Assembly: GCF_004010195.1 (NCBI RefSeq)
Contig: NC_057750.1
Span: 18,236,917-18,276,707, forward strand
Direction: 5' to 3'
Length of the DNA: 39,791 bases
Origin: Chiloscyllium plagiosum
Taxonomy: Eukaryota
Below, piece by piece: positions 12,415 to 23,671 of this stretch. Within the stretch, counting starts at the first letter, position 1; the number at the start of each line of letters is the position of its first letter. Both the position numbers and the translations under genes were made by a program. The notes beneath the pieces are model-generated. The model had not been told where the DNA came from. It was given only the letters and a program-made list of their open reading frames with translations, and did not search any database.

Positions 12415-12857
12415 AGAACATAGATCATAGAACATTACAGCGCAGTACAGGCACTTTGGCTCTCGACCTGTGAAACCAATCTAAAGCCCATCGAACTCAC
12501 ACTATTTCATTATCATCCATGTGCTTATCCAATGATCATGTAAATAACCCATATTATTGGCAAGTCCACTACCGTTGCAGGCAGGGCATTCCATGCCCTT
12601 ACTACTGTCTGAGTAAAGAACCTACCTCTGACATCTGTCCTATATCTATCACCCCTTAATTTAAAGCTATGTCCTCTCATGCCAGCCATCACTATCCCAG
12701 GGAAAAGGCTCTCACTGTCCACCCTATCTAATCCTCTGATCATCTTTTATGCCTCTTTTAAGTCACCTCTTAACCTTCTTCTCTCTAATGAAAACAGCCT
12801 CAAGTCCCTCAGCCTTTCCTCATGAGACCCTCCCTCCATACCAGACAACATCCTGTA
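12415..12857 (-). mobile_element. CR1 LINE 3' fragment, same subfamily as 1-590
   Basis: ORFs 12525..12743 and 12747..12959 (RMLSGMEG..EERLRDLRLFSLERRRLRGDL, RGRFFTQTVVRAWNALP); ttctatg tail near 12415-12435. Confidence 0.85.
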
Positions 12858-13182
12858 TTTTCTGCAATAGCCTACGGGGGGGGGGGAGGGGAGGAAGAAG
12901 AGAGATCCACAAAGTGTATCTACATATTTGAAGACATTTCCAATATCGTCAGAATTCACTCAAATCAGTCATATTAACATTGCTAAATAACACAAACATT
13001 GCCAGATGCATAGCTAAATGTTGTGCATATATGTGGCAAGTTGGGTAGGTGTTGACGTGAGTTCTTAATTCGACATGGTTAACCAAATGGGCTCTTACTC
13101 ACAAGGCCCTTTATCAACCTTTAATAATAATATATACAGCAAATTTCTTCTCTGAAAAAAATCTGCAATTCATCATAGTTAC

Positions 13183-13857
13183 CTGCTTTGAAGTCTTTAC
13201 ATCTCGTAGTGCAGTACCATAAGGATTATAGAAGTGTTTTAGCTGCCTGATAAATTTGTTTTCATACTTTGTCACAGCAAAGAATTCAGTCTGTTGAAAG
13301 ACAATTGTGTAGACCCGAGGATCATTCAGGTTTAGCTTCTCAATGATTCCATCAGCCACAATGATGTGCAACTGGGGGACATATCGATGCATGGAATGAA
13401 GGATTGCATTACCTTCTTCTGCAGTTGGACAATTGGTTAATCGCATTTTGGCAAAAGACACTGGCTTGACCATCCACTCTTTCCCAGAAACACTGCCATT
13501 TGGGTGGAAGTAAAGTCTCCCAGTCACATGTGGGGTTGCCTTTCCATTGATCTGCCATTTGCACCCATTATAACGGTAACGGTAGTTGTCTACTGGAGAG
13601 ATATCCATTGCCATGATGTAGTTCTTGTCAGGATCCAGCCCAGAAACAGAATATTCACAGTATGGGAACATAAACCTGCCACGTTTAGACATCCTCATCT
13701 CGGTGCCCAAGTTATAAAATTTATCCCAAACGCTCCATTTCTTGAGGGAGACCTTGACGTTGCCAGACTTGAGACAGAAGGGAGGGGATTTCATCATGTT
13801 ACCCTCCAGTCGGTGGGCATGGCTGGGATTGATGGCTGGAGGAGCTGCTCGTTCCAT
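13183..13857 (-). CDS. MGA-type T-box transcription factor (MGA-like paralogue), T-box exon
   Basis: Perfect Kozak gccgccATGg at 13857. Complete intronless T-box (WDKFYNLGTEM...MFPYC...MDISPVDNYRY...PVSF.K..LTN...ILHSMHRY.P.LH...QTEFFAVT...YNPY). MFPYC, MDISPVDN, EG..ILHSMHRY and QTEFFAVT are MGA-type signatures, and a single-exon T-box is typical of MGA. Donor CAG|gtaact at 13183; unspliced, the ORF would stop at 13114. Confidence 0.88.
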
Positions 13858-14060
13858 GGCGGCTTGGAGTGTCTGAGTGTGCGTATGGAGGAGGAAGTGG
13901 TGGTGGTGGTGCTGGGGGGAATGGTTTGCAAGCGGTTGCTCCTCCTCGGATCAAAGCCCGGCCATGGGATTAGCGAGAGAGAAGCCCTGCAGCTCTCCGC
14001 TGCTGTCAGCCATCGCCGGGGGTTAGGCGGCTGCTGCGGGCTCGGCTCGACAAGGGCATC
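13858..14060 (-). other. 5' part (UTR/uORF) of the T-box exon
   Basis: Strong acceptor ttttgttcccttcgctttcag|G at 14060. Contains an in-frame uORF 14013-13951. Confidence 0.65.
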
Positions 14061-14720
14061 CTGAAAGCGAAGGGAACAAAATCAATTCCTTTCATTATTA
14101 TTTTAAAATTGCTATTAAAATACAGGAGGGGGATAAGTGCAGACCCTGGCGGCAACATTTACCATAGCGGAGTCTCCATCATTCCCCCTCCCCCTTCCCG
14201 CTGTTGGATGGGGGGGGGGGGGGGGGAAGAAGCCTGGCTTCTCTGGGGACAATGGGAGAGCGGCGCGGATCCGAGCCCGACATGTGATTGCGGCCCCGGG
14301 AACTCCCCCCCCTCTCACCCTTGCGGTTAACGGCATCCGCGCCGAGCGGGAGGCCCGAGCCTCAACCTGGGGCCTGGCCACCCGCGGCCGCACTCGAACA
14401 CAAAGCGCCTCTTGCCACCCACCCTCAGGGCTTTGTGTGAGGCTCTTCACCGCCAGACAGCTTCAAAGACGGACCGAGCTTCAGGCCCCCCACCCCACTC
14501 CCCGCTCCCCTGTGCCGTGACTAGCCCGGCCTCTTCACCTCAGCGTGCTCGGAGTGTGCGGTTGTTCAGAAAGAAGGAAAAGCGGGCACTGCCCATGTCC
14601 CGGCGGGTGCGATGTAAACTGGCGCTGTTCCCGACTCCAGGCCTCTAAAGAACACGCAGCCGCCCCTCACCACGTGACCGCCCCTCTCAGCACCACGTGG
14701 TGGCTCCGGCCGTGGCCTGC
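13950..14720 (-). promoter_or_regulatory. CpG island / promoter and probable non-coding first exon of the MGA-like gene
   Basis: Most GC- and CpG-rich stretch of the window. CACGTG E-boxes at 14671-14676 and 14694-14699, GC boxes (ccgcccc), and a candidate donor AAGG|gtgaga at 14319. Confidence 0.7.
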
Positions 14721-14739
14721 CCTCGTACTCCCCCTAGAC

Positions 14740-15210
14740 ATTACCTTGCTCTCCTCTCCTCTGTAAAGCATGGCTCTACCCTCCTCTCCTTCCATTACAT
14801 GGTTCTCCTTCAGCCTCTCCATGCACAGCCTTCATTTTCTCTTCTCCCCACCTCATGCATCTTCACACTTTCTCCCATTTCCATCACATGGCCTTCTTCT
14901 TCTTCCACCAATACATGTTTACCATCTGCCTCTATCCAACGTTCGGTTCTCTAATGAATAGTTCTGCTCCGTTCTTTCCCTGCACGATCTGTCCATGCCC
15001 CTCTCCCAGTAATGCATACCTCACCCCATAATCAATGCACTCCTCCACTTTCTCATGTATGGTTCTCCCTGCCTTCCACTAAAGCATGGCATTCCCTTCC
15101 CTGCCTCATGCATGATGATACTCTCACCTTCCCTTACTCATGCACTGTTCTTACCAATCCTTCCCCTATTCCCTTCTCTTCCTCCACTGAACCTCTTGGT
15201 GCCATTTCAT
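14740..15210. repeat. pyrimidine-rich low-complexity tract with recurring CATGG/CATGC units
   Basis: Strong C/T bias on + strand; catggctct, catggttct, catgcac, catggcct, catggcatt recur. Confidence 0.45.
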
Positions 15211-16307
15211 TGCAATAGCACTAACTCTTAATCAGAGTCACCAGACTTGAAATGTTAACTTTTCTCTGTACATTTGTTACCAGACCTGCTAAGTTTCTGT
15301 CTTTTTTTCAAAACTTGTTTCTGAACATGTTGGATCACAAAGCCAGCAAAGTACTGAATCTGACAGCTCACTATTCAACTTCTCACCTCCAAGAGGTGTC
15401 AATAGTCTTAAACTCTTATCTAGCCTTTCCCACACATCCCATTTTAACCACACATTTACCTGTGAAAATACAAATGATCCTAAAAGAAATCATTAACTTT
15501 CACACCTCTACCACCACATCTGATTAAGTGGTTTCAGAAAATCACAAAGGCTGGAATGTTTTCCTTATGTAAAGCACTTCTAATTCACTTATCTACTACT
15601 GAACCAGATTATAAACTACTGTTAAAATTCTATACACATAACTGTTGCCAGGATCCTGTAGCAACAGAAATGCCAATGAGGGGGGTCAGGATAAAGAAAA
15701 TTAAAACAACGCACCTACTTATCAAATGTAATTTTCCAGTTGTGTACTCTTCCAGAAGAAGCAGATTCACTGTTGAAATGAAATTAACTAACTTTCTATG
15801 CTTTTCACAGAACAGCTACAAAATTCAAACTCCAAAATACCAAGAACAATACTAAATCCCACACTGTAAGAGGAAAATGTTATTTCAATCATGGTAAAAC
15901 AGTGTAGTTATATGTTTTGAAGAATGAAATCCCTTTAAATAGTTTATAAGTACCAGAATCCCATGTAATAAAAACAGATCTTGACTTAATATTGATCAGT
16001 GAATGGAACTTCAAGCATATTTCGAATAGCGAATCTCTTCAGCATTGTCTATATCACTGTTATGACTACAGCAAAGTATTGATATGTTGTAAATGAGTAT
16101 ATTTATGGTTTTATAGCTGGAGAAATCAGAATTTGAGCCTCATCTTATTTTCACTCTTACTCCCCAAGTCCCTCCTCCCTACCTTTTATCTTAGCCTGCT
16201 TGACACATCCTCCTCATTCCTGAAGGGCTTATGCCCGAAACATCGATTCTCCTTCTTCTTTGATGCTGCCTGACCTGCTGCGCTTTTCCAGCAACACATT
16301 TTTAAGC

Positions 16308-16660
16308 TTTTTATATAGCACTTCCTTGGTATTGGGGCATCCCAAAGCATTGAAGCTTTTTTCCACTTCTTGGAAATGTTGAGAATGTCACAACTATTTT
16401 GTACACAATGTTCTCACAAACAGCCACATAATAATCATCAGGTTGTATTCTGGTATGTTTCAGAGATAAATATTGGTCAGGACATAGAAAACTCTCCTAA
16501 ACTTCTTCAAAAATAAAATAATAGAATCTTTTACATCCATGAGGGGGGGACAGGTATGGCTTTGTTTTAAGTCGAATCTGAAATACAGCACTTATTGCTG
16601 TACTGCATTCAGAATGTCAACAGAGGAGCCTAGAAACAAGTTCAAGACTTTCAGCAAGAC
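16308..16660 (-). mobile_element. ancient Deu-domain-type SINE (SacSINE1/AmnSINE-like); similar copy at ~30080-30420
   Basis: Motifs tttatatagcac, catcccaaagc, gataaatattggtcaggac, cttcttcaaaa, atcttttacatcca, tctgaaa.acagcac match the recalled DeuSINE pattern. Confidence 0.5.
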
Positions 16661-16907
16661 AGCAATGGAGACAATTTGTTAAGAAAAATAAACTTCATTG
16701 TTCACTTCAAAAATATTAGAAACAATTCATTCAGCAGAACAAATACTACTTCATTCTCATAATTTTCCTGAACTCCTTCTGGAATAGTACAACCTTCCAA
16801 CAGTATTGTAAACTTCAGCAGCACAAATATTCTTGCAGGGTCAAACAAAAAACTCCAGGAGCTTCTAGAGCAAGCAAGCTCACCACACTGTATCATTTAA
16901 TCAAGTA

Positions 16908-17046
16908 ATAGAAAGTGAGGACTGCAGATGCTGGAGATCAGAGCTGAATAATGTGTTGCTGGAAAAGGGCTCATGCCCGAAACGTCGATTCTCCTGCTCC
17001 TTGGATGCTGCCTGACCTGCTGCGCTTTTCCAGCAACACATTTTTC
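16908..17046. mobile_element. short PLE-derived family A element with 16-bp TSD
   Basis: TSD ATCATTTAATCAAGTA at 16892-16907 and 17047-17062; the hammerhead lacks the CUGA arm. A related defective copy lies at ~16140-16305. Confidence 0.75.
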
Positions 17047-17118
17047 ATCATTTAATCAAGTATCAACTCATCACTGCATTAAAGAAAGCTTGTAGTAAGA
17101 GTAATGGCAGAAATAAAA

Positions 17119-17129
17119 TTTAATTTAAT
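17119..17129 (-). terminator. candidate polyadenylation signals (two overlapping ATTAAA) of the THAP8-like gene
   Basis: + strand tttaatttaat = ATTAAATTAAA on minus, ~100 nt after the stop at 17226, in AT-rich sequence. Confidence 0.35.
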
Positions 17130-17225
17130 ATTTTCATTTAAATGAAAAATTACAAAGTTTTACAAACAATAAACAGTTGCCGGAACAGTGGACTCGTTTG
17201 TTCTCCATGAAGCTGAACATATTCA

Positions 17226-17351
17226 TCAAAGCATATGACCATTATCATTTGGTGACTGTTGATGTGCATAAATTATATTGTCATTGTCTTCACAAACAAC
17301 TGTGTCAGAACTGGAAGGATGAATCACTTGAGCGTTTGTCTGTGAGCAAGT
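17226..17351 (-). CDS. thap8: THAP8-like coding exon 4 (terminal)
   Basis: Strong acceptor tttttaaccttttgttgttccaattttcag| then phase-0 TCSQTNAQVIHPSSSDTVVCEDNDNIIYAHQQSPNDNGHML*. The four exons sum to 1500 nt (499 aa + stop). Tandem ATTAAA follows ~100 nt downstream. Confidence 0.7.
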   Translation of the reverse strand, partial: TCSQTNAQVIHPSSSDTVVCEDNDNIIYAHQQSPNDNGHML

Positions 17352-18616
17352 CTGAAAATTGGAACAACAAAAGGTTAAAAACATTGCAATTTCCTTTGAC
17401 TGTTCTGATTGAAAATTGACAGATATCTGCTCAATCTGTGAAGTTATACTTTTAATTTCTCTTTTCACATCGAAAGGGTAAATTTGAGAGCTCTTTTCTC
17501 TCACCATTTTATTTTCACATACAGCTTGCACGTTAAAAAAATTATTGGAAGCAGCTTCATAAAATTCACCCTCTAAATTATGCTGCTGTGGTGTACAACT
17601 ACATTTAGATCCTCAGTATCAGCAATATTTCATAGGCTAACAAGGAAGACAACTTTAAAAAAAAATAATAGATACCAATAACAAGCCACAGATTAAGGTA
17701 TTGCAAATTCACACTATCAGCCAGGGAGAGGCAAAAATAAAGTGAGGTTACTACTAAAAGTCGTCAGAAATTTAGAAGGGACACTGTTGCTACTTCTCAA
17801 CAGAATACAATAACAGCATTACAACAACAACCAGTTCAGGAATCATTACTAACAGCCGTCTCATCTGTTAGTATCATGGGACATCTTGAGGTGGTTTACA
17901 TCACTTCTGGAAAACAAAAGTTGACGCTTCAATTTTAATCCCTGACATGGAAACCTTGTGCACAGAAACTTTATAACTTCAACGCAGTAGTTATTACTTA
18001 GTCAGTCTGGGAAAGCATTCTACAGGTAGGGGGATACAGATTTCCTATTTCTTTAGCTTTGAGTGCTCAAAACAGACTCTTAAAGCAGTGATAAACAGGT
18101 GCCCTCCCCCAGCAATGAACAGAAGTTAGAATGTCCCAGCAGAATACGAGAGCCTACTTGGGGATCTGGATTGTTAGGGAAAGTCGTGACAACAATAGCA
18201 TATATTTGTGTAGCACCTTTAATGTAATAAAACATCTCATGACACGAGTTTTATAAAACAATGCATAACATTGAATCATATCAAGAAATATTCGGTCAGA
18301 TCAAACAGCTAGTTTTTAAGGAGTGTTTTAAAAATGGAAATTGAGACCGAGGTGTAGGGAGGGAAATCCAGAGCTTGGAACCCAGGCAGCTGTTGGCATG
18401 GCTCCCGATGGTGGATCAATTGGACGTGCGCAAATAATCAGAATTAGAGGAATGCAGACATATCAGAGGGTTATGGGGCTGATAGAGATTAAAAAATTAG
18501 AAAAAGACAAGACCAAGTAGGGGAGATTTGCAAACAAGGATTAGAATTTAAAGATCAAGATGTTAGGCAATATGTGTGAATGAGTACATGGTGAGGGGCA
18601 TGGGAAAGGGGATTTG

Positions 18617-18931
18617 TTAGATTAGATTCTGTACAGTACGAAACAGGCCATTCGGCCCAACAAGTTCGTACCGACCCTCCGAAGAGTAACTCACCCAGAC
18701 CCATTTCCTTCTGACTAATGCACCTAACACTATGGGCAATTTTAGCTTGGCCAATTCACCTAACCAGCACATCTTTGGACTGTGGGAGGAAACCGGAGCA
18801 CCCAGAGGAAACCCCCGCAGACGGGGGAAAATGTGCATACGCCACACAGACAGTGGCCTGAGGCTGGAATCGAACCCAGGTCCCTGGTGCTGTGATGCAG
18901 CAGTGCTAACCACTGAGATACCGTGCTGCCC
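18617..18931 (-). mobile_element. HE1/V-SINE, full length, inserted in an L2 fragment (~18200-19060)
   Basis: tRNA-like head GGGCAGCACGG...TGGTTAGCAC (A box) and GGGTTCGATTCC (B box), V-domain, CR1-like tail. Confidence 0.85.
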
Positions 18932-19069
18932 TGTTGGGAGTTAAGACTTGGGCAGTGAGTTTTGAATGATCAGAAAAGAAAATGTGGATCCACTCTCAGG
19001 TGTGCATTAGAGTCATGTCTATGAGCAATGACTGTATTATTGAGTTTTAAGCAGCAAATGAGCTGAGAT

Positions 19070-22000
19070 GGGACAGAATAAGACCATTCAGCCCATCAAG
19101 TCTGCTTTGCCAATCATGGTCAAAATGTTTCTCAACCCCATTCTGCTGTCTTCTCCACATAACCCTTACTAATCAAGAACCTGTGTCTTAAATATATTTA
19201 ATGACGTGACTTCCACAGCCTGTGATTCACAGATTCACCACCCTCTTGTTGAAGGAATTAGTTCTAAAGAGTTGTCCCTTCTCTCTGCAGCTGTGCCCTC
19301 AGGTATTAGTCTCCTACTAGTGGTAACATGTTGTCCATATCCACTCTATCCTGAATTAGGATACCAGAGTCCCTTTGTATTTCAGATTCCTGAAGTCTTT
19401 CCACATTTAGTAAATAGTCTAAGTCTCTAATCTTCCCATCAAAAGTGCAAAACTACACCCTTTCCCACACTGTATTCCATTCTTCATTTCTTTGCCCACT
19501 CTTCTAGCCTCCCTGCCTCCTCAACACTACCTGTTCCTCCACCTATCCTTGTATCATTTGTAAACTTTGCAACAATGCCCTTTGTCCAGATGATTAATGT
19601 ATAACGTAAATGGTTGTGGTCCAACACTGACCCCTCCAAAACCCCCACCAGTCACCCTGAAAAAGCCCTCTTTGTCCTCACACTCTGCCTTTTGCCAGGC
19701 AGTCAACCTTCTAACCAAGCCAATACCCTAGCCTCTAACACCATGGTCTCTCATCTAATTTAGCAGCCTTCTGTGCAATACTTTGTCAAAGGCCTTCTGG
19801 AAATCCAAATGGATACGTCAACTGGCTCTTCTTTGTCCAACTTTCTTTTTATTTACTCAATTGAGTTTGTCAGGCATGACCTCCTGATGACGAAGCTACG
19901 CTGATTCAGCCTAATCTTTTAGATTAGATTACATTAGTGTGGAAACAGGCCCTTCGGCCCAACAAGTCCACACCGACCCGCCGAAGCACAACCCACCCAT
20001 ACCCCTACATTTACCCCTTACCTAACACTACGGGCAATTTAGCATGGCCAATTCACCTGACCTGCACATCTTTGGACTGTGGGAGGAAACCGGAGCTCCT
20101 GGAGGAAATCCACTACCATGCACTTTCAAGTACTCTACAATCCCATCCTTAATAAAAGGCTCTAAAATCTAATCAACTGAGGCCAGGCCAGCGGGCCTAC
20201 AATTTCCCAACCTTTGTCTCCCTCCTTTTTAAAAAGGGATATCACATTACCAATTTTCCATTTGATTGATTTGATTTTTCAGGAATTCCATTGAATCTCC
20301 TCAGCTATCGCCTTCAAAACCCAGGGGTGTAGTGCACTCAGTCCAGTAATTTGTCCACTTTCAGATATTTCAGTTTCCCCAGCATCTCCTTAGTTATGGT
20401 CACTATGTGCACTTCTACCCCCAACTGTGTTCTGGTATGCCACTGAGGTCTTCCATCATGAAGACTGATGCAAAGTACCTATTCAGTTCCTCTGCTTTTT
20501 CTTTATCCCATTACTACTTCTCCAGCCTCAATTTCCAGCAGTCCAATGTCAACTCTTGCCTCTATCAACTTTTATATATCTCAAATTGTTCTTGCAATCT
20601 TTTTTTTGTTAAAATGACTAGCTAGCTTATCAGCATATTTCATCTCGTCTCTCCTTATTGAACAAAAGAGAAGTACAGCATAGGAGCAGGCCCTTTGGCC
20701 CTCCAAGCCTCTGCCAATCATCAAGCCCTAACTAAACTAAAAAACAAACCTTCTGCCCTTATTCGGTCAGTATCCCTCTATTCCCACACTATTCACATAA
20801 CCATCTGGATGCCTCTTAAATGTCGCCAATGTGCCTGCTTCCACCACCTCTTCTGGCAGTGTATTCCAGGCTCCTACCATTCTCTGCATTAAAAGTGTCC
20901 CTCGCACATCTCCCTTAAACTTGCCCCCCTCACCTTGAACCTGCACCACCTTGTAATTGAAACTTCAACCCTGGGAAAAAGCCTCTGACTATCCACCTTA
21001 TCTATGCCTCTCAATTTTGTAGACCTTTACCAGGTCTCCTCTCAGCTGCCACCTTTCCAGTGAAAACAATCCTAGTCTTTCCTCATAGCCAATGCCTTAG
21101 AGACCAGGCAACATCTGAGTGAACGTTCTCTGCATTCTTTCCAAAGCTTCCATGTCCTTCTGGTAGTGTGGTGACCAAAACTGCGCACAATATTCCAAAT
21201 CCAGCCTAACAAGGGTTTTATATTGCTGTAACCTCATTAGATGTGTTGTAGCAAACCTCAGAGGTTTTAACTCAGGCCCTATTTTTATGCTGTCTCTTTT
21301 TTCCCTTGTCAGCCAAAGATACCACCTCCTCCGCTAAGCATGTTTTTTCTCCTTTGGGAGAGCCTCCTGAATTACTCCCAGTAACCGCTGCCATTGCTGT
21401 ATCTTCCCTTCTAGGTTCTCCTTCCAATCAACTCTGGCCAAGTCCTCCCCCCATGCCTTTGCAGTTAACTTTACTCAATTGTAACACACTTACATTTGGT
21501 TTCAGCTTCTCCCTCAAACTTCAGGATGAGTTCTTCCATATTATTTTTACTGCTCCCTAGGGTTTCATTCACCTTAAGCTCCTTAATCAAGCCTACCTCA
21601 TTACACATCAAATTCAGAATTGCATGTTTCTTAATGGATTCTACAAACTGCTCCAAAAAAAATATTGTAGACATTCCACAAATTCTTTTTCTTGGGATCC
21701 ACTACCAACCTGATTTTCCCAGTCAACTTACACATTGAAGTCCCCCATGATTATTGTAATAGTGCCCTTCTTACATGCTTTTTCTATTTCCAGATTTATT
21801 TTATGTCTCACATCCTGACTACTGCTATGCGAACTGTTCATAACTTACATCGGGGACTTTTTTTGCTTTGTTGTTCCTCAACCCTACCCACACATATTCT
21901 AGGCCTTCCAACCCTATATCACTTCTTGCTTACAAGGCCATTCTGTCCCCTCTGCATGTCCTTTTGATACAATGTGTATCCTTGGATATTTAGTTCCCAG

Positions 22001-22260
22001 CTCTGATCTTCTTGCAGCCACATCTCTACCCACAATATTGTACCAGCCGATTTTAATCCGCACTACAAGTTCATTTACCTTGTTTTGTATACTGTACACA
22101 TTTATGTGCAACCCTCTCAATCCCGCGTTTTCTATATGCCCTTCTCATACTTGTCCCTGATCTGCTATGCTAAACTTAAATTCCTGACCCTTTCCATACT
22201 CTGTGCTATACTTGCTCTGGAAACTAATAACCTTTCCAGAATGCTCCCTCACTTTAACTA
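19070..22260 (-). mobile_element. decayed long CR1 LINE with nested HE1 SINE (~19915-20112) and nested younger CR1 (~20660-21232)
   Basis: Endonuclease N-terminus (GLHINVYSIQNKVNEL, 21914..22120), FLEQFVE...AILNLMCNEVGLI (21471..21674), RT LDFQKAFDKV near 19780-19810. Confidence 0.75.
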
Positions 22261-23671
22261 GCTTACAGTACTTGTGATCAAGCTATTAAGTGTTTCTTCT
22301 TGGATTCTGATCCGAAATCATATCAGCAAAGTTGGGTGGTGTTACAGAGGTGGAAACAAGTGGATTTTGTAATGGAACAAATGAAAGACTGGGAATTTAA
22401 AACTTAGGATCAAATGTGCCACCATGGTTGTAAACAGATGGGATTAATCTCAGACAGCTGGTAACAGCTAGCGAGCAGAGTTTACAGTGGGCAATGGAAA
22501 CAATGGTTTCAGACTCCACAACATTGGTATAATTTTGGGACGAGGGTTGAGTTATCCTTGTGTACAATATGCATAAATTACTTGGAAGTGGGGTTCAGAA
22601 AAATGGTAGTAACTTTAATCAAGGAACAGGCTGCTCAAATACAGACGGATTTCATGAGAGTGGATGAGATGGATGATGTCATTTAATGTGGAAATGCAAA
22701 ATCATTAAGTTGGGAGGGGTTGCTCTACGATGGCAATAAAAGCCAGTACTGTTTATTACACATTGACACAACACAGGATATATTGAGGATAGCGTGGATA
22801 CATCAAATATCTCAGCAGACTGTGCAGTGAAGAGAATGAAGATAATAGAAATTAGATAACAGTGATTCTAAATTTTGGACAGTGCTATAACTGGAGTAAT
22901 TGCATACAACGCTGGTCACTGTACAATGAGATAGTGAGGTACTGAAATATTGAACAAGAGGAGGCGGTCATTTGGCCCCTTCAGCCTTTTTCATCATTTA
23001 TTATATCAAAGTCTGTATCCAAAATACAATTATACACCTTACCTACCCATATCCCTTAATACTCTTGGTTAGCAAAATGATTAAATTTAAATCTTAAACT
23101 ATTGTTAAATTTTGTGAGGAAGCTCCATTCACCAACAATCCTTTGCACGAAGAAGTGTTTCCTAACCTCACTGGAATGGCCTGACTCGGACTTAACGATC
23201 GTGTTAAAACTCCCTTCAGGATTTTTCTACGTACCCTTTTAACATTTTTTGAAATCTTAAAGTAAAACTTCACTCAAAACAGCCCTCAACTTTCTACATT
23301 CCAGGGAATAATAGTTTACATGTAAAGGGCATTATTGAGTATCTTTTAAAGTATTCAAAATCTTGCGGGACACACAGGAGACAAACCTTAGTCACTGATT
23401 CTACAGGAGGCATTGGTTATAAGTTCAGCGTTTTTAGGGACAAGTATGAGAAGGGCATATAGAAAATGCAGGATTGAGAGGGTTGCACATAAATGTGTAC
23501 AGTATACAAAACAAGGTAAATGAACTTGTATTGCGGATTAAAATCGGCTGATACAATATTGTGGGTAGAGATGTGGCTGCAAGAAGATCAGAGCTGGGAA
23601 CTAAATATCCAAGGATACACATTGTATCAAAAGGACATGCAGAGGGGACAGAATGGCCTTGTTAGCAAGAA
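21923..23671. repeat. inverted repeat: 236-bp arms 21923-22158 and 23436-23671, 1277-bp spacer
   Basis: About 5 mismatches by manual comparison; mirror ORFs 21972..22160(+) and 23434..23622(-). Confidence 0.9.

Noticed and set aside
13504..14064. 186-aa plus-strand ORF
   Set aside because: Antisense shadow of the T-box exon in GC-rich sequence; no recognisable domain.
14109..14766. Several overlapping ORFs in the CpG island
   Set aside because: Expected in GC-rich, stop-poor DNA; low-complexity R/P/A/G translations.
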